A stretch of DNA of 20,000 nucleotides from an uncultured Acidimicrobiales bacterium (GCA_943788915.1 CALSSD010000003.1:496479-516478), one strand, 5' to 3'. Shown: positions 1 through 9,422, counted from the stretch's first letter. Made by a program: numbers and translations. Notes: generated from the sequence alone by a model not told the origin.

Positions 1-995
1 TCACCCATCCCGATATCGCCATGCCCACACCGGCAACACTCGCTGCAACGATTCGCAACCACACCACCGAGCACCACTTCTGGGCCGATGCTCAGTCAAC
101 GACCGAGGACCTACTTGGTTCGGCGATGGCCGCGAATATCTTCGTGATCGGCATGGCGGTGCAGTCAGGCGGTTTGCCGATTGGCGCTGACTTCATCGAA
201 CAGGCCATCGAACTCAACGGTGTGGCCGTGGCTGCGAATACTGCGGCCTTCCGGTTTGGCCGGTTGCAGGTCAGTGACCCATCACAGGTCAACAACGCCC
301 GAGTCGCAACCGAGGGCCTTCCCCTCCCAATCCCGCCCACCACGTTTGCCACCGAACTCGATTCGCTGGGTGCACAAGCTGAGCGGCGGGACCATCTCGC
401 CATGCTCGCCACTGAGTTGGAAGCCTGGGGCGACCGCACCGATGCAACGCGGTGGTTCCAGGTTCTCGATCGTGTTCGTCGCTCCGAGTGGGCGATCGAC
501 ACAACGAGTGATCGGCTCGTCGATGCCGTTGCCGATGGGCTGTTCAAGCTGATCGCCTACAAGGACGAGTACGAGGTTGCCCGGCTCATGGTTGAACCCG
601 AAGGCCTGGCCGAGGCACAAGAACTCGTGGCCGAAGGTGGGACGATGAGCTATCGCCTGCACCCGCCAATGTTGCGGGCACTCGGCTTGGACAAGAAGAT
701 CTCCATCCCAGCTACCGCAGCGCCTGCACTAGGAGCGCTGGCCAAAGGCAAACGGCTACGGGGCAGCTTCCTCGATCCATTCCGGTGGGCCGAGGTCCGC
801 AAGGTCGAACGCAAACTGGCCAACGAGTACATCGCCACCATCGATCGGGCGCTGGCCAAACTTTCTGCACAGAACTTCGACCGCGTCGTAGAACTAGCCG
901 AAACACCAGATCTCGTTCGCGGCTACGAAGACATCAAGCTGGCCAACGTTGAGCACTACCGCATCCGCGTCGCCGAACTCTTGGCCGAGCTCTGA
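1..995 (+). CDS. Indolepyruvate:ferredoxin oxidoreductase family protein (fused type), C-terminal part; 5' end lies outside the window
   Basis: The frame is open from the window edge. It contains the POR-gamma-like segment 'LLGSAMAANIFVIGMAVQSG..PI..IEQAIELNGVAVAANTAAFRFGR' and the C-terminal DUF6537-type motifs 'LIAYKDEYEVARL', 'YRLHPP', 'LRGSFLDPF' and 'VRGYEDIK'. Confidence 0.88.
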   Translation, partial: THPDIAMPTPATLAATIRNHTTEHHFWADAQSTTEDLLGSAMAANIFVIGMAVQSGGLPIGADFIEQAIELNGVAVAANTAAFRFGRLQVSDPSQVNNARVATEGLPLPIPPTTFATELDSLGAQAERRDHLAMLATELEAWGDRTDATRWFQVLDRVRRSEWAIDTTSDRLVDAVADGLFKLIAYKDEYEVARLMVEPEGLAEAQELVAEGGTMSYRLHPPMLRALGLDKKISIPATAAPALGALAKGKRLRGSFLDPFRWAEVRKVERKLANEYIATIDRALAKLSAQNFDRVVELAETPDLVRGYEDIKLANVEHYRIRVAELLAEL

Positions 996-1043
996 CCATA
1001 TGGGACAGGTAGCTGAGAGCAAGCTGGACGGTCCCTTCGTTGG

Positions 1044-2081
1044 TTAGACACCCAAGATCGCGGCGGCGCGTTCTGCGCGGGATTCGACACCTTGTTTGTA
1101 TTCGTCGAGGTCGAGCTCTTCGTCTTGTTCGCCTTGTTGACCGTTGAGGTAACGGGCGTAGACACCTTCGGAGATACATGCCAGGCGCCACGAGGCCCAG
1201 CCTCGGTAGTAGTCGACCTGTTCGAGCGACACACCCATCTGGTCGGCGTAGAGCCCGGCCATTTCCTGCTGGCTAAGCCAACCGGGTGCAGCGGTAATCT
1301 CGGCGTCGCCCTTTTCTTCTTCGACGTTCTCGGGGTCATGCCAGTAACCGAGCAGGCCAGCCAGGTCAGCCATCGGGTCACCCAAAGTGCACAGCTCCCA
1401 GTCGAGCACGCCAGCTACCGGACCGGCAGGGTCCATCATGCAGTTGGACAGGCGGTAGTCGCCGTGGGCGATCGTGGTCGGTGCGTCGGTCGGGATGTTC
1501 GCCCGCAGGTAATCGGCCACCCGATCGATCACCGGGAGTTCCCGAGTCTTCGATTGTTCCCACTGGCCAGACCATCGTTTGATCTGGCGTTCGATGTAGC
1601 CGGTGCGTTTGGCCAGGTTACCTAAACCGACCTCGTCGATGTCGACGCGGTGCAACGTGCACAACGTGTTGATCAGTTCGTGGCACATACGAGTGCGGAT
1701 CTCGACGGGGATCGTCGCACCGATCTCAGCGTCGCGGACCACCACCCCATCCAGGTAATGCATCACGTAGAAGTCGCGCTCGTTCACGGCCTCGTCTTGG
1801 CATAGGCCAACCAAGCGAGGCACCGGCACATCGCTGTCCTGAAGCGCATGCATGAGCCGATGCTCACGAGCGACGTCGTGTGCACTCGGCAGCAGCGGCC
1901 CCATAGGAGGGCGGCGCAGCACAAACTTTCGGTCGGCCGCGTCGGTCACCGTGAACGTCATGTTCGAGCGGCCACCAGCGATCAGCCCGAAGTCCAACGG
2001 ACCGGTGATCTCGGTGTGTTCCTCGAACCATCGAGTCACATTCTCGCGATTGATACCGACGGGGGTGTTCTGCTCACTCAC
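1044..2081 (-). CDS. APH/choline kinase-like phosphotransferase family protein (ACAD10/11 N-terminal type)
   Basis: Motifs 'GGRSNMTF', 'VLRRPP..LLPSAHDVAREH', Brenner motif 'HGDYRLSN' and 'LDWELCTLGDPMADL'. The GTG start is preceded by CACAAT-N6 (leaderless-type). Confidence 0.88.
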   Translation of the reverse strand: MSEQNTPVGINRENVTRWFEEHTEITGPLDFGLIAGGRSNMTFTVTDAADRKFVLRRPPMGPLLPSAHDVAREHRLMHALQDSDVPVPRLVGLCQDEAVNERDFYVMHYLDGVVVRDAEIGATIPVEIRTRMCHELINTLCTLHRVDIDEVGLGNLAKRTGYIERQIKRWSGQWEQSKTRELPVIDRVADYLRANIPTDAPTTIAHGDYRLSNCMMDPAGPVAGVLDWELCTLGDPMADLAGLLGYWHDPENVEEEKGDAEITAAPGWLSQQEMAGLYADQMGVSLEQVDYYRGWASWRLACISEGVYARYLNGQQGEQDEELDLDEYKQGVESRAERAAAILGV

Positions 2082-2209
2082 GCCGCCATTGTGGCACCAC
2101 CTAACAGCACGCCCGAAACTCGATTCCCCATAGATCGATGTCGCGTCGCGACCGACGACGTGAAACAGTCGGTGTCAGACACCGATTATTTCGCTACGAA
2201 AGGGAAACC

Positions 2210-3031
2210 ATGAACAAGCGAACACACGCCGAACGACGAGTATCGGCACTTGAGGTTCTCGATGGCTTCATGGCCGGGGCGTACGACGCCGAGAGATCGG
2301 CCTTGGCAATGCAACGGCGGCAGGGGGCGCTCGGCAGTTTCGCTATCGATATCGTGATGGGAGACGTCTGGTCCCGACCCCAGTTCTCACGCCGCGACCG
2401 CAGCCTGATCGTTATCAGCGTGCTCGCCGCAATCGGGAGCGACGACGAGCTTTCGTTACATACCCAGGTTGGCCTCAACCACGGCCTGACTCGCACCGAG
2501 ATCGAAGAAATTCTGCTCCACGTCGCGGCCTATGCCGGCTTCCCTATGGCTATGAAGGCGAGCCGGGTCATCGATGACCGGTTCTGCCAGATCGACCAGG
2601 TCGACCGTCTGCCTGAGCGCTCACCGAGCGCGTTCCGTGACGATCACGAGCGACGAGCTGCTGCGTGCGACGTTCGCCGCACCCTGACCGGTGGGCGATC
2701 GAACCCGGACCCTGATGAGGATTTTGCAGCGTTCATTGACCGGCTCGGCGAGGTTGGCCGGGTTGCCTACGAGTGGGCGTTCGGCGATGTGTGGTCGAGA
2801 GATGAGCTGAGTCGCCGCGATCGCAGCGTCATCGTAATCGCCATCCTGACGGCCCTCTCTCGTGTCGAGGAGCTGGCGTTCCACGTACCCGCCGGCTTGA
2901 ATCATGGCCTGAGCCGAACCGAAATCGAAGAGATTATGGTCCAGATGACCATCTACGGCGGTGTCCCTCGTGCCATCGAAGGCACGCTCGCCATGCAAGA
3001 GGCATTCGCCAAGATCGATGCCCGGGGGTAG
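2210..3031 (+). CDS. Carboxymuconolactone decarboxylase (CMD) family protein with two tandem CMD domains
   Basis: Two copies of 'GDVWSR..(F/L)SRRDRS.IVI..L.A..EL..H...GLNHGL.RTEIEEI......Y.G.P'. ATG 2210 is chosen because AAGGGA lies just upstream. There is no CxxC, so it is not AhpD-like. Confidence 0.85.
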   Translation: MNKRTHAERRVSALEVLDGFMAGAYDAERSALAMQRRQGALGSFAIDIVMGDVWSRPQFSRRDRSLIVISVLAAIGSDDELSLHTQVGLNHGLTRTEIEEILLHVAAYAGFPMAMKASRVIDDRFCQIDQVDRLPERSPSAFRDDHERRAAACDVRRTLTGGRSNPDPDEDFAAFIDRLGEVGRVAYEWAFGDVWSRDELSRRDRSVIVIAILTALSRVEELAFHVPAGLNHGLSRTEIEEIMVQMTIYGGVPRAIEGTLAMQEAFAKIDARG

Positions 3032-3080
3032 CCCGGGTAGTTGGCCTTTCAGCTCGTTCCTCGCCGAAACGCTGTCCGAG

Positions 3081-4504
3081 CTACGACCTCGCCGATCCTG
3101 ACACGTGCTCGTTCACGCTGTCCTTCGTGCGTGGGTAGAAGCCGTTGATCACCACAGCTGGGATCGCAGCGAAGAGTGCGAAGACGAAGAAGAAGCGATC
3201 GAAACGATCAAACGTAATCGTGTCCGCATCACCAAGGATGGCAACCGCTACAGCCACGCCCATTCCTGATGCGAGATTACGGACGGTGTTGAAGCCAGCG
3301 TTGACCTCTCCGTACATGGCCTCGGGTTGGCCATCGAGTGCTGCGGTGTTGAGTGACGAGAACGTCAACCCGAATCCGGTGCCGAACAAGATGATTCCTG
3401 GTAGGAAACCCGTCAGGTAGTTCGGTTCAGCGCCCCATCGCAGCGCCATCGTCAACATTGCAGCGATCGGGAAAAGCGTGCCAAAGGCAATGAGCGGTCG
3501 GCGGCCGAACCGATCCGCAAGGTAACCAGAGAGCAGCCCGAAGCTCGATGCGCAAATCGGTGCTGGTGTGATTGCGAGACCTGCCTGCACCAGCGAGTAG
3601 TCCCACACCTCGGTCAGGAAGAGCGGCCACACCACCCACGTCGATGCGCCGAGCATCGAAAAGAACAGGCCGGCGACGGTCACCGTCCACACCGGTCGAG
3701 CCGAGAAGACCCGCAGGTCGAGCAGGGGTGCAGGATGACGTAGCGAACGCGCCACGAACAGCGGCAGCAAGCAGACGACGCCAACCAAGTGCGGCAACGA
3801 TCGCGACATGGCCCCAACCCAGCCCAGGGGCCTGCACGATGACGAAGGCCACCAGCCCGATCGCGATCGTGCCCATGGGAAACCCGACGAGGTCGAGCTT
3901 CTTCCCGTCCACGAATGGGCTCGGACTCCGAGAGCAACGTGCGTCCCCCGACCAACACCACAGCCGCCACCGGCACGGCGAGCAGATAGATATAGCGCCA
4001 GCCGAAGTTCTCAACGATCAACGCGGACAGGCTTGGTGCGATTGCCGCACCAACCGTGCCGCTTGCTGTCCATGCTGCAACAGCAGATGTCCGTCGCCCG
4101 GCGGGAAAACCTGGCAGCACCAGTGCTAACGACGTAGGCACGGTCAACGAACCTCCAACGCCCTGCAGGATGCGTCCAGCAACAAACACGTTTGCTGTTG
4201 GCGCCACCAGACAAATGAGCGAAGCAGCCAAGAACAGCCACACGCCAGCGAAAAACATCCGCTTGCGTCCGCGCCGGTCCGACAAACGACCTGCTGGCAC
4301 CATAAACGTCGCGAGTGCGATCGAGTAGCCAGACAACGCCCACGACAGGGTTGCCCGGCTAGTGCCCGAGAACTCGTCGGTGATCGCCGGAAACGCGATG
4401 TTCGTGCCCGTGAGCGTGATGCTGATGACGGTGTAGGTCAGCGCCGCAAGCCCAAGCGCAAGCCAACTGCTCCGCGGGACGGCTTCGAGCTTCTGGCCCT
4501 TCAA
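3081..4504 (-). pseudogene. DHA2 (EmrB/QacA-like) MFS transporter split by two +1 frameshifts (pseudogene or sequencing error)
   Basis: Three consecutive frames join into one protein. The N-half has 'GRLSDRRGRKR' and 'GRILQGVGG', the middle has 'KKLDLVGFPMG', and the C-half has 'PLLDLRVF' and 'GYLADRFGRR'. Removing one base at ~3917-3919 and one at ~3785-3788 gives about 473 aa. Confidence 0.85.
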
Positions 4505-4641
4505 CGGTGGCGGGTCGCGCCGCGGCCCAGGCGAGGAGTCATCCGCGGACCTTAGCCACAGGACCCGACGCCGATGTAGCCCACGACAGTGCTGCCCAGA
4601 CCAGACTTAGGTTTCTACCACCGTCCCACGCACCCGGCCGG

Positions 4642-6777
4642 TCAAGATATCGGCAGCACCACCTCGAACGAGGCGACGATCTCGTCGACGGCCGCCCAGT
4701 CACGATCGTCGACCACAACGATCTCAACCAGGACCAAAAACGCTCCATCGGCTGGCGCGGCCACGATGACGAAGAAGTCGCTGCCTACCACCCCGCAGTT
4801 TTCCCACAGGTCGGTATAACCGATATACAGGCCGTCGTCATAGGGCGATCGATCGACGTAGGTGCAGGATTCCCCGAATTGATTATCGTCGAGCATCTCA
4901 GTCGTCGACGCATACGGCAGTTCAGCGGATGCACCCATAAACACGCCAGGGGTCGCCCACGCATCACTCCACGCGTCGTTGTCGGGTGACACCGTCAAAG
5001 CTGGGCCGATCACGTCACCGTCGTCGTTGAAGTCCCACAGTCGACCATCGATATCGGACCACTCGGCTGGAACACTGACGATGATGGCATCGGTCTCGTC
5101 GGTCACCGACACATATTCGGAATAGGCACGTGATCCATCGGCGCCTCCTCCGGCGGTTCCTTCGAGTACAACCTCATAGCTGACGATCACCTCGTCGGCA
5201 GCTGACCAGTCTCGCTCGTCAACAATCACGATCTCGACCAGGATGAAGAACTCCCGGCTGGACGGTTCCGCTCCAATGACCAAGAAACTGCTTCCTTCGG
5301 GTCCGCAGTTCTCCCACACATCGAGCTCGCCGATATAGAGCCCATCGTCATACGGCTGACGCTCGACATAGTCGCAGGTGCCGCTGAACTCTTTGTCGTC
5401 GAGTAGCTCACCGACCGAGGCGTAAGGGAGCTGATCCGATACCCCAATGAACACGCCGGGAGTGCCCCAGCCATCACGCCATGCAGTCACATCCGACGCC
5501 GCTAGGAACGATGGACCGATCGCGACGCCGTCGGTGGTCCACGCTCCGCCATCGGTGTCGGCCCACTCCGTCGGAATCCTCAGTACGATGCGATCGGAAT
5601 CGTCGGTGATTTGCAGGTAGTCGTCGTAGTCGGGGGCATCTTCGTCGGCAAAGTTCCCGGAACCCGCAGAAGTGACCTCGAGTGGCTCTCCATTGAGCCG
5701 GCCTTCGAGCAATTCGTCCGTCGACGGGCGGTACACCTCGATGGCGATCGGATCGTTGACTTGGCGACTGCGCAAAACATCGCAATAGTCCGACATGGTG
5801 CCATCGGCCGCCATCGGCAGGCTCTCGGCCTGCGTGATGAGGTCACCAGCCTCGAGACCGACAAGGTCGGCAGGTGACCCGGACGCCACCGAGTACACCC
5901 AGATGCCCGTGACACCGTCACCGGACACCGCTTCGCCGTTGATTCCTACCGAATCGACGTCGATGCCGTTGCGGAGCTGGTCGATGACTGGCCGGGCGAC
6001 CTCTCGCCCGATGGCGAAGGATTGACCAACATCGTTGCCGGCATAATTCACGGCAACGACCCGACCCTGATCAGAAACGATAGGGCCGCCACTGTTGCCG
6101 GGCAGTGTGTCGGCACTGTGTTCAATCACCGCGTCAACCGAGGCCCACGATGACTCGCCATCGGCGTTTTCCTTGGACACGATGCCGTCGAGGAGCGTGT
6201 ATTCGGCATCACCCAGCGGGAAACCAGCAGCGAAGATCGACATGCCCGCAGCGATTGGGCCGTCATGCCACTCGAGATAGTCGAAGCCATCACCTTCGAT
6301 ATCGATCACGGCAAGGTCCGAGCACTCTGAGACGCCAAGCAGGCGAGCGTTCCGGGGCTCTTGCTCACCATCGATGAGGACTTCGAGGACCGCCGCGCCG
6401 GTGACCACGTGATTGTTGGTCACGACTAGACCCGACTCATCAATGATGAATCCCGTGCCGCTGCCCACCACGTTCGACTGCAACCCGGCTGCTGGGTCGA
6501 TGAACGTTCCGGTCGCGTTGATCTGCACAACCGCGGCACGAACCCCGTCGACGGAGCTCACTGCCCCACTTGGTACCGGTGTCGGCTCAGCCGCGGGGAC
6601 CGGAGTCAGAATCGGAGCGGACGTGGCGTCGGGTTGTCCGACCACCGTTGGTATCGCAGCGGGAGTGACCGTCTCCGGATCAGCGCCGAGTGTGGTGCTG
6701 GCACCACAGGCCGAGGCGAAGACGATCACTGCGAGTACGACCGCCAGGAAACTACGAGACATCACATTCCTTTTCAT
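4642..6777 (-). CDS. HtrA/DegP-like trypsin serine protease lipoprotein with a PDZ domain and two C-terminal repeated domains
   Basis: Signal peptide with lipobox-like 'FASAC', a P/T-rich linker, catalytic-triad motifs 'TNNHVV', 'SDLAVI' and 'PGNSGGP', PDZ motif 'SVASGSPADLVGLEAGDLI', then two ~155-aa repeats. Confidence 0.88.
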   Translation of the reverse strand: MKRNVMSRSFLAVVLAVIVFASACGASTTLGADPETVTPAAIPTVVGQPDATSAPILTPVPAAEPTPVPSGAVSSVDGVRAAVVQINATGTFIDPAAGLQSNVVGSGTGFIIDESGLVVTNNHVVTGAAVLEVLIDGEQEPRNARLLGVSECSDLAVIDIEGDGFDYLEWHDGPIAAGMSIFAAGFPLGDAEYTLLDGIVSKENADGESSWASVDAVIEHSADTLPGNSGGPIVSDQGRVVAVNYAGNDVGQSFAIGREVARPVIDQLRNGIDVDSVGINGEAVSGDGVTGIWVYSVASGSPADLVGLEAGDLITQAESLPMAADGTMSDYCDVLRSRQVNDPIAIEVYRPSTDELLEGRLNGEPLEVTSAGSGNFADEDAPDYDDYLQITDDSDRIVLRIPTEWADTDGGAWTTDGVAIGPSFLAASDVTAWRDGWGTPGVFIGVSDQLPYASVGELLDDKEFSGTCDYVERQPYDDGLYIGELDVWENCGPEGSSFLVIGAEPSSREFFILVEIVIVDERDWSAADEVIVSYEVVLEGTAGGGADGSRAYSEYVSVTDETDAIIVSVPAEWSDIDGRLWDFNDDGDVIGPALTVSPDNDAWSDAWATPGVFMGASAELPYASTTEMLDDNQFGESCTYVDRSPYDDGLYIGYTDLWENCGVVGSDFFVIVAAPADGAFLVLVEIVVVDDRDWAAVDEIVASFEVVLPIS

Positions 6778-6899
6778 GGCGCGACCAACCTCGTCCGCGC
6801 CTTCGGAACTTACAGCAGACTTGGTGGAGTTGTTAACACTTGGGTCTCAACACTTCAATTACCGATGGCGAGCAGCACGTCGCGCAAAGGTACAAAGTG

Positions 6900-6935
6900 C
6901 ACAAAGAGTTCACAGAGCACAAAGAGTTCACAGAG
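6900..6935. repeat. Perfect 18-bp tandem duplication CACAAAGAGTTCACAGAG x2, preceded by degenerate CAAAG units
   Basis: Read directly: 6900-6917 is identical to 6918-6935. Confidence 0.8.
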
Positions 6936-7167
6936 CGACCGAAACCGTCAGCAGCGGCACAGGGGGGTAGCCCAGATACCTCGGTGGGCTACACGCACGA
7001 ACCGTTGCATCCACCTGTCCATATCCTCGACCGAGTCGATGTCCCAGCCGCCGCTGGCCATCTCGGCATCGCTCAGGATCGGGAACGCTGCGGTGAACCC
7101 GTCGGATTCCAGCAGCTCACGATGCCGGGTCCCACCGGGAGTCAGGTTGTTGGCACCTGGCTTGTTG

Positions 7168-7203
7168 TCAGAGCGTCAACAATTGGCCTATCAGAGCGTC
7201 AAC
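7168..7203. repeat. 13-bp direct repeat TCAGAGCGTCAAC with a 10-bp spacer at the betC 3' end
   Basis: 7168-7180 and 7191-7203 are identical. Confidence 0.7.
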
Positions 7204-8705
7204 TACTGAGAACGACGGCCGGACTCGACATCATTGAGGTCGAGGTGGTTGCGCATGTACTGGCCGCTTGCGTCGGTCGTTGGTTGGAAGTCCCACGCCG
7301 AGTACTGGCCCTTGCGAAGAGCATGGTCGACCACCCGTCGATTCGCTTGGCTATCGAGCACGTCGACCAGGATCTGGGACATGTTCCATCGGTCCATGAC
7401 TTCAGACTGGAAGCTCGCTGCGTCGGCTAGATACTCGGGCGAGTCAACCACATTGTTCAGCTCCTGCGGATCGACGTTCAGGTCATAGAGCTGGTCACCG
7501 TCGGGCTGACTGAAGATGTATTTGAGATTGCCTCTGCGGAGCATGAAGATCGGCGCCACCGCTCCCTCACCGAGGTACTCGCCCTCTACCGTCCGCAACA
7601 TGTCTTCGAATCCACCCAGCTGCGGGACCAAACTGTGACCGTCCATTGCGTTAGGCACCTCGAGCCCTGCAAGGTCTAAGAGCGTCGGTGCAATGTCAAG
7701 CAGGCTCGACAGCGTTGCGACGCGAGATGCACCAAAACGGGTCGGTGAGTGCACAATGAGCGGCACCCGAGCGCTGTGCTCGAAGAAGTTCATCTTGTAC
7801 CAGAGACCACGCTCACCGAGCATGTCACCATGATCTGCGGTGAACACGATGATCGTGTCGTCGGCCAGGCCGTGGTGTTCGAGCGTGTCCAGAATCTGAC
7901 CGACCCAGTGATCGACGTAGGAGCAGTTGGCGAGATAGGCGCGGCGGGCGGCCAGGATCTGTTCGTCGGTGACCTCGGTAGTGTCGGCGCAGATGACCTT
8001 GCGCAGCCGAGCACTGTGCGGATCGAGATCCTCGTCAGCGATCGGACCGACCGTCGGCAGGGGAATCTCAACGTCCTCGTACTTGTCCCAGAACTCCTGT
8101 CGAGCCACATAAGGATCGTGTGGATGGGTGAACGATGCCGTGACCATGAACGGGCGCTTGTCGATGGTGCGTGCCAGGTCACGAAGCTTGCGAATCGTGC
8201 GGAAGCCAACCTCGTCGTCGTAGTCGAGTTGGTTGGTGGCGTCGGCGACGCCGGCATGGGTCACGCTGTCGAGGTTGTGAAACCACCAGTCGAAACGGCC
8301 ATCGGGATCAAGCCAGTTCGGGGTCCAGCCGAAGTCCGCCGGATAGATATCGGTCGTCAACCGTTCTTCGTAGCCGTGCAGCTGGTCGGGGCCAACGAAG
8401 TGCATTTTGCCCACGAGTGATGTCTGATATCCCGCAGAGCGCAGATGATGAGCGAACGTCGGCACGGTCGATGAGAGTTCCGATGCGTTGTCGTACGCGC
8501 CGATCTTGTGATTCTGCTGGCCAGCCATCATCGCGAACCGGGCCGGCGCACACAGTGGCGAATTACTGTAGGTCGACTCGAAGACAACTCCCTCGGCTGC
8601 CAGCCGGTCGATCGCGGGGGCAATCGCCGGCCCGCCCCACGGCGCCATGAACGGCGCCGCCATCTGATCCGCCATGATCAGCACGATGTTCGGTTGCGTC
8701 GTCAT
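7203..8705 (-). CDS. betC: Choline-sulfatase
   Basis: Starts 'MTTQPNIVLIMADQ'. Contains the sulfatase CxPxR motif 'SPLCAPAR' and BetC-typical 'GKMHFVGPDQLHGYEERLTTDIYPADFGW', 'DHGDMLGERGLWYKM' and the C-terminal 'WDFQP...YMRNH.DL'. About 500 aa from ATG 8705. Confidence 0.93.
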   Translation of the reverse strand: MTTQPNIVLIMADQMAAPFMAPWGGPAIAPAIDRLAAEGVVFESTYSNSPLCAPARFAMMAGQQNHKIGAYDNASELSSTVPTFAHHLRSAGYQTSLVGKMHFVGPDQLHGYEERLTTDIYPADFGWTPNWLDPDGRFDWWFHNLDSVTHAGVADATNQLDYDDEVGFRTIRKLRDLARTIDKRPFMVTASFTHPHDPYVARQEFWDKYEDVEIPLPTVGPIADEDLDPHSARLRKVICADTTEVTDEQILAARRAYLANCSYVDHWVGQILDTLEHHGLADDTIIVFTADHGDMLGERGLWYKMNFFEHSARVPLIVHSPTRFGASRVATLSSLLDIAPTLLDLAGLEVPNAMDGHSLVPQLGGFEDMLRTVEGEYLGEGAVAPIFMLRRGNLKYIFSQPDGDQLYDLNVDPQELNNVVDSPEYLADAASFQSEVMDRWNMSQILVDVLDSQANRRVVDHALRKGQYSAWDFQPTTDASGQYMRNHLDLNDVESGRRSQ

Positions 8706-8781
8706 AGCGCCAACTATGCCCAGATTTTTGCCCGTCGGGCACGCCTTCCCCGCCAGGGAACGGGGGTTCGCGAAACCTCCG

Positions 8782-8817
8782 CTGACAGCCTGATGCATGC
8801 ATGTATAATGCATGCAT
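8782..8817 (+). promoter_or_regulatory. Leaderless promoter of the TA operon with a palindromic operator
   Basis: CTGACA (8782-8787), 16 bp, TATAAT (8804-8809), 6 bp, then ATG 8816. ATGCATGCAT occurs at 8793-8802 and 8808-8817, bracketing the -10. Confidence 0.8.
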
Positions 8818-9046
8818 GCCCAACGTTCAGATCCGAGAAGTGCCCGACGACGTTCACAACGAGCTTGTTCGACGAGCCGAACGCGCTGGCCAGTCGCTAC
8901 AACAGTACCTATCAGCACAGTTGGCCTCGATCACCGCCACCCCGACGCTCGACGACGTACTCGAGCGAATTGAAAAGCGATCGAAGGGTCAGCTGTCGAA
9001 GGCTGACGCTGTCTCCGCTCTTGAGGACGAACGTGCTCGTCGTTGA
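8816..9046 (+). CDS. vapB: FitA/VapB-like ribbon-helix-helix antitoxin
   Basis: 76 aa, 'MPNVQIREVPDDVHNELVRRAERAGQSLQQYL' is a typical RHH N-terminus. It overlaps the start of the PIN gene. Confidence 0.88.
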   Translation: MPNVQIREVPDDVHNELVRRAERAGQSLQQYLSAQLASITATPTLDDVLERIEKRSKGQLSKADAVSALEDERARR

Positions 9047-9422
9047 CGCTTCGGTGATCGCCCCGGCCATCGCCGATGGCGGCCCCGACGGGGACGCGTG
9101 TCGGATGCGAATCAAAGGTCAATCGCTTGCTGCGCCCGATTTGCTCCGGCTGGAAGCGATGTCAGTGTTTCGCCGACAGCTGGCGAATGGCTCCTTGACG
9201 TCACAACAGGCAGACAACGCCCTGCAGGACTTACTGGACCTACCACTCGTTGTCTACCCCACGGCACCGCTACAGCGCCGCGGCTGGGAGCTACGCGACA
9301 ACGTGACCGCCTATGACTCGTGCTACGTCGCTCTCGCCGAAGCCTTGGGCTGCCCACTGGTTACTGCCGACCAACGCCTCACCAATGCTCCAGGTACGCG
9401 CTGTCAGTTCGATGTCGTCTAG
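9033..9422 (+). CDS. vapC: VapC-family PIN-domain toxin
   Basis: GTG 9033 follows GAGGA. 129 aa with PIN acidic motifs 'VVDAS', 'LEAMS', 'YDSCYVALAE' and 'LVTAD'. Confidence 0.9.
   Translation: MLVVDASVIAPAIADGGPDGDACRMRIKGQSLAAPDLLRLEAMSVFRRQLANGSLTSQQADNALQDLLDLPLVVYPTAPLQRRGWELRDNVTAYDSCYVALAEALGCPLVTADQRLTNAPGTRCQFDVV

Noticed and set aside
6883..6937. Possible CRISPR array
   Set aside because: Only two adjacent 18-bp copies, with no spacers and no cas genes.
8706..8918. 71-aa N-terminal extension of BetC
   Set aside because: It overlaps vapB and its promoter. The sulfatase N-terminus begins at 8705.
8508..9032. N-terminal extension making VapC 304 aa
   Set aside because: It overlaps betC and vapB. 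The PIN domain starts at GTG 9033 with an RBS.
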